NCBI GenBank assembly: GCA_032718475.1
Contig: JAUCBJ010005935.1
Location: 1-64,000 of the forward strand
Length of the DNA: 64,000 bases
From: Nemertoderma westbladi
Lineage: Eukaryota > Animalia > Xenacoelomorpha
Direction: 5' to 3'
The position numbers and the translations under genes are program-made. This document shows positions 61,301 through 64,000 of the stretch, piece after piece (the first letter of the stretch is position 1; the number at the start of each line of letters is the position of its first letter). The notes under the pieces were generated by a model, which saw nothing but the letters and a program-made list of their open reading frames with translations, did no database searches and was not told the origin of the DNA.

Positions 61301-64000
61301 TCGCTTTATATGTTGTTGGACAAGATACAGGTGTTGTTGTAGTTGTTGAATCAATGCAGTCTATTATGATGTTTATTGAACCATAACTATTGCAGACCTT
61401 GTTTGAGAATTTAAGTTGTAGATAAAACTCTTTGGTATCAAAACAGTCAAGCTCTTTCTTCAAAATTATTATGTAGTCTTTTATTGCAAAATAATTGTTC
61501 TTTGGATCAGGGTTTATGAGATAAACAGATGGCAGTTTTCCTTGAAAGACAGTTGATATGTCCAATAATGATGTTGATGGGGATGAATTTTCTGGAATAT
61601 TTAATTCAGCATGGAGTGAAGGTATATCACAGCATGGGCGGGGAAGTTTTGTTGTATAGGGGGTTGGTGTAGGTGTCGTGAATGTAGCTGGACATGATGT
61701 CGCTTTATACGTTGTTGGACAAGATACAGGTGTAGTTGTAGTTGTTGATTCAATACAGTCTATTATGACATTGACTGATCCATAACTATTGCAGTCATTG
61801 TTTGAGAATTTAAATTGTAAATAAAACTCTTTGGTATCGAAACAGTCAAGCTCTTTCTTCAAAATGATCATGTAATCCTTTATTTCAAAATAATTGTTCT
61901 TTGGATCAGGGTTTATGAGATAAACAGATGGCAGTTTTCCTTGAAAGACAGTTGAAATGTCCAATAATGATGTTGTTGGGGTTGAATTTTCTGGAATATC
62001 TAATTCAACATGGAGTGAAGGTATATCACAGCAAGGGCGGGGAAGTTTTGTTGTATATGGAGTTGGTGTAGGTGTCGTGAATGTAGCTGGACATGATGTC
62101 GCTTTATATGTTGTTGGACAAGATACAGGTGTCGTTGTAGTTGTTGATTCAATGCAGTCTATTATTACATTGACTGATCCATAACTATTGCAGTTATTGT
62201 TTGAGAATTTAAGTTGTAAATAAAACTCTTTAGTATCAAAACAGTCAAGCTCTTTCTTCAAAATTATTATGTAGTCTTTTATTGCGAAATAATTGTTCTT
62301 TGGATCAGGGTTTATGAGATAAACAGATGGCAGTTTTCCTTGAAAGACAGTTGATATGTCCAATAATGATGTTGATGGGGATGAATTTTCTGGAATATTT
62401 AATTCAGCATGGAGTGAAGGTATATCACAGCATGGGCGGGGAAGTTTTGTTGTATAGGGAGTTGGTGTTGGTGTCGTGAATGTAGCTGGGCATGATGTCG
62501 CTTTATATGTTGTTGGACAAGATACAGGTGTTGTTGTAGTTGTTGATTCAATGCAGTCTATTATGATGTTTATTGAACCATAACTATTGCAGACGTTGTT
62601 TGAGAATTTAAGTTGTAAATAAAACTCTTTGGTATCAAAACAGTCAAGCTCTTTCTTCAAAATTATTATGTAGTCTTTTATTGCAAAATAATTGTTCTTT
62701 GGATCAGGGTTTATGAGATAAACAGATGGCAGTTTTCCTTGAAAGACAGTTGATATGTCCAATAATGATGTTGATGGGGATGAATTTTCTGGAATATTTA
62801 ATTCAGCATGGAGTGAAGGTATATCACAGCATGGGCGGGGAAGTTTTGTTGTATAGGGGGTTGGTGTAGGTGTCGTGAATGTAGCTGGACATGATGTCGC
62901 TTTATACGTTGTTGGACAAGATACAGGTGTAGTTGTAGTTGTTGATTCAATACAGTCTATTATGACATTGACTGATCCATAACTATTGCAGTCATTGTTT
63001 GAGAATTTAAGTTGTAAATAAAACTCTTTGGTATCAAAACAGTCAAGCTCTTTCTTCAAAATGATCATGTAACCCTTTATTTCAAAATAATTGTTCTTTG
63101 GATCAGGGTTTATGAGATAAACATATGGCAGTTTCCCTTGAAAGACAGTTGAAATGTCCAATAATGATGTTGATGGGGATGAATTTTCTGGAATATTTAA
63201 TTCAACATGGAGTGAAGGTATATCACAGCATGGGCGGGGAAGTTTTGTTGTATATGGAGTTGGTGTAGGTGTCGTAAATGTAGCTGGACATGATGTCGCT
63301 TTATATGTTGTTGGACAAGATACAGGTGTAGTTGTAGTTGTTGATTCAATGCAGTCTATTATGACATTGACTGATCCATAACTATTGCAATTATTATTTG
63401 AGAATTTAAGTTGTAAATAAAACTCTTTGGTATCGAAACAGTCAAGCTCTTTCTTCAAAATTATCATGTAATCCTTTATTTCAAAATAATTGTTCTTTGG
63501 ATCAGGGTTTATGAGATAAACAGATGGCAGTTTTCCTTGAAAGACAGTTGATATGTCCAATAATGATGTTGATGGGGATGAATTTTCTGGAATATTTAAT
63601 TCAGCATGGAGTGAAGGTATATCACAGCAAGGGCGGGGAAGTTTTGTTGTATATGGAGTTGGTGTAGGTGTCGTGAATGTAGCTGGACATGATGTCGCTT
63701 TATATGTTGTTGGACAAGATACAGGTGTAGTTGTAGTTGTTGATTCAATGCAGTCTATTATGACATTGACTGATCCATAACTATTGCAGTTATTATTTGA
63801 GAATTTAAGTTGTAAATAAAACTCGTTGGTATCAAAACAGTCAAGCTCTTTCTTCAAAATTATTATGTAGTCTTTTATTGCAAAATAATTGTTCTTTGGA
63901 TCAGGGTTTATGAGATAAACAGATGGCAGTTTTCCTTGAAAGACAGTTGAAATGTCCAATAATGATGTTGTTGGGGTTGAATTTTCTGGAATATTTAATT
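6521..64000 (-). CDS. Giant multi-exon cadherin-related/mucin-like type-I membrane protein (5' end beyond window)
   Basis: GT-AG exons read by eye, 5'->3': >64000-56821, 51607-51492, 51074-45831, 42460-42181, 41741-41554, 41319-41099, 40946-40800, 38866-38648, 38458-38287, 37958-37749, 37591-37490, 37284-37076, 36962-36835, 35183-34992, 34736-34552, 34224-33970, 33656-33445, 33253-33092, 32601-32325, 31964-31794, 31445-31363, ~30954-30710, 29469-29311, 29114-28917, 28775-28606, 7368-7300, 6746-6521. Phases were checked at several junctions, not all. Cadherin motifs: LDYE, DIDDERPTF, INENDEAPYF, AHDPD, xPE/DEN. Confidence 0.8.
7465..10969. mobile_element. ~3.5-kb non-autonomous TIR element in a (TA)n tract, containing ~665-bp tandem repeats
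   Basis: TA|CGTTCGGGCTGAAGGGCCA ... TGGCCCTTTAGGCCGAACG|TA; many GGGCCA/TGGCCC motifs; repeat landmark near 9221, 9890, 10553. Confidence 0.7.
11303..11676 (-). mobile_element. 5'-truncated L2-clade-like LINE inserted in the 5' LTR
   Basis: Absent from 3' LTR; 8-bp TSD AAATTATA (11295-11302, 11677-11684); ORF2 C-terminus (RAFEVCAPRLWNKLP...FKGKLKTHLF); 3' stem-loop TAGCGCCA...TGGCGCTA and (ATT)n tail. Confidence 0.9.
11930..12059 (+). promoter_or_regulatory. Putative LTR Pol II promoter (TATATAAA, Inr-like TCATT/TTAGTT) and first AATAAA
   Basis: TATATAAA 11930-11937, AATAAA 12054-12059 (3' LTR: 26741-26748, 26865-26870); second AATAAA 12633-12638 (27444-27449). Motif-only evidence. Confidence 0.5.
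13407..13417 (+). promoter_or_regulatory. Non-canonical primer-binding site GTAGGAATATG
   Basis: Directly abuts the 5' LTR end; lacks TGG; exact reverse complement CATATTCCTAC lies in the LTR at 12374-12384 and 27185-27195. Confidence 0.7.
14217..23072 (+). pseudogene. gag-pol: Disrupted single gag-pol ORF (coiled-coil gag, Zn knuckles, aspartic protease, RT, RNase H, integrase)
   Basis: ORFs 14217, 16241, 16751, 19379 and 20373 join into one frame after repairing a 4-bp deletion (~16225), TAG 16640-16642, TGA 19364-19366 and a 286-bp duplication (20021-20586). Motifs: CWRCTRHGHVRKDC, AILDSASS, YVDD, H-H-C-C zinc finger, D-D-E. Confidence 0.93.
16013..16245 (+). repeat. 81-bp in-frame tandem repeat (about 3 copies) within gag
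   Basis: CAGTTTACATCGCAATCTACGACTTCGAGGAAGAC... at 16020, 16101, 16182. Confidence 0.9.
23734..25472 (+). CDS. Extra ORF3 of the retrotransposon: three CCHC-type zinc knuckles and an Arg/Gly-rich C-terminus; probable frameshift near 23888
   Basis: 490-aa ORF 24000..25472 (frame open from 23889) with CSKCGVAGHHMTKC, CGWCGDQGSHTFYTC, CTYCNIKGHRASEC, ending FRGRGRARSTKR; upstream frame starts at ATG 23734. Confidence 0.75.
25555..26110 (+). repeat. AT-rich degenerate repeats in the retrotransposon 3' UTR
   Basis: Recurrent TTATTCCGAACTTATGCAATTT and variants. Confidence 0.7.
26332..28217 (+). repeat. 3' LTR (1886 bp)
   Basis: Direct repeat of the 5' LTR; preceded by short purine-rich GGAGCGG (26325-26331), the likely PPT. 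Confidence 0.95.
26458..26544 (+). ncRNA. tRNA-derived Pol III cassette inside the LTR (intact in 3' LTR; split by a LINE in 5' LTR, 11265-11733)
   Basis: A box TAGCTCAGTCGG (26465-26476), B box GAGTTCGAATCC (26511-26522), T6 run 26539-26544; acceptor stem does not pair, so not a functional tRNA. Confidence 0.65.
28606..42460 (-). CDS. Cluster of small exons encoding conventional cadherin (EC) repeats interleaved with non-cadherin SEA/MAD-like segments
   Basis: Peptides such as PLDYETTTSFSM...VIDIDDERPTF, SVDENETPGTVIG...IKSLDYD, VHVPESVSTETPIG...KSLDYE, VINENDEAPYF, LTAHDPDG. The SEA/MAD assignment is inferred from position, not from a profile search. Confidence 0.8.
35707..36807. mobile_element. 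1.1-kb palindromic MITE/foldback element with arms of ~370 and ~460 bp
   Basis: CATATGTACGGTGGCT...AGCCACCGTACATATG; arms ~35707-36081 and ~36348-36807, near-perfect except for the copy number of a ~32-bp subrepeat. Confidence 0.85.
38935..39240 (-). mobile_element. 3' fragment of an RTE-like LINE
   Basis: RLRFAGHYFRREDQPVHNLVLWQP...ILKDTGL; 3' motif CACAGCATT..TAAAAATGCAGCTGCAATGCAGCA also at ~36165-36205 (+) and ~51372-51427 (-). Confidence 0.65.
39500..40690 (-). mobile_element. 5'-truncated L2/CR1-type LINE (RT C-terminal half, frameshifted)
   Basis: LYINDLPN...LFADDTSL; YPYIFYGLIVWG; GPLLWNSL...FKKKLKYHLL. Lower boundary approximate. Confidence 0.85.
42968..44605. repeat. ~57-bp minisatellite with a 568-bp higher-order duplication
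   Basis: Unit CTGCAGACAGCACTCTATCGCTGCCTAAACCTAGTAGGCCTACGTACATATACATCCTGTACG; identical ORFs at 43044/43612 and 43096/43664 give the 568-bp offset. Confidence 0.92.
45831..51074 (-). CDS. Giant repeat exon B: 12 near-identical 399/405/411-bp units plus divergent half-units at each end
   Basis: Inside ORF 45613..51111; acceptor AG at 51075-51076, donor GTAAG at 45830; same unit family as exon A. Confidence 0.9.
52021..53637 (+). mobile_element. Second, expanded copy of the same HINE-like family
   Basis: Starts TGTGGGGCGAGCCACGAAGTGAG as at 2745 and ends TCGTGCTGCGCGAAGGCCCCACGAAC as at ~3045-3070; inner inverted copy at ~52217-52238. Confidence 0.55.
52907..53250 (+). pseudogene. Possible LINE ORF1-type Cys-finger fragment inside the HINE-like copy
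   Basis: IECSHCQSSW...FLCGVCAAVKIESLEA: two CxxC pairs followed by a helical segment; frame then runs into AT-rich DNA. Confidence 0.35.
56821..64000 (-). CDS. Giant repeat exon A: ~18 tandem 399-bp (133 aa) cadherin-like + Thr/Pro/Cys linker units, running off the window edge
   Basis: 2380-aa open frame of repeats (IPENSS...KKELDCFDTKEFYLQLKF...GSVNVIIDCIESTTTTTPVSCPTTYKATSCPATFTTPTPTPYTTKLPRPCC); donor GTAAGT at 56820; many unit differences are synonymous. Confidence 0.9.

Noticed and set aside
46286-63780. Many 75-79 aa plus-strand ORFs (MSNNDV...)
   Set aside because: Antisense shadows of the minus-strand repeat exons.

Overview
AT-rich eukaryotic (invertebrate-like, intron-rich) genomic DNA. 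The window is dominated by the 3' part of one very large minus-strand gene, open at the window's right edge and ending at a stop near 6521. It encodes a type-I membrane protein: at least 30 near-identical ~133-135 aa units (degenerate cadherin fold plus Cys-punctuated Thr/Pro mucin linker) in two giant exons, then about four [cadherin-cadherin-SEA/MAD-like] modules, a TM helix and an ~11 aa tail. A 21-kb intron holds a recent 17.1-kb BEL/Pao LTR retrotransposon (11139-28217, TSD AATTA) with several odd traits: TATA...TATA termini, 1.9-kb LTRs carrying a tRNA-like Pol III A/B-box cassette, no tRNA-type PBS but an 11-nt PBS exactly complementary to a sequence inside its own LTR (candidate self-priming), ten dispersed copies of a 20-nt hairpin motif, and an extra zinc-knuckle ORF where env would sit. 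The rest is LINE fragments, inverted-repeat elements, minisatellites and many Tc1/mariner-type TACAGTA/TACTGTA footprints. All exon boundaries and alignments were read by eye and may be off by a few bases.
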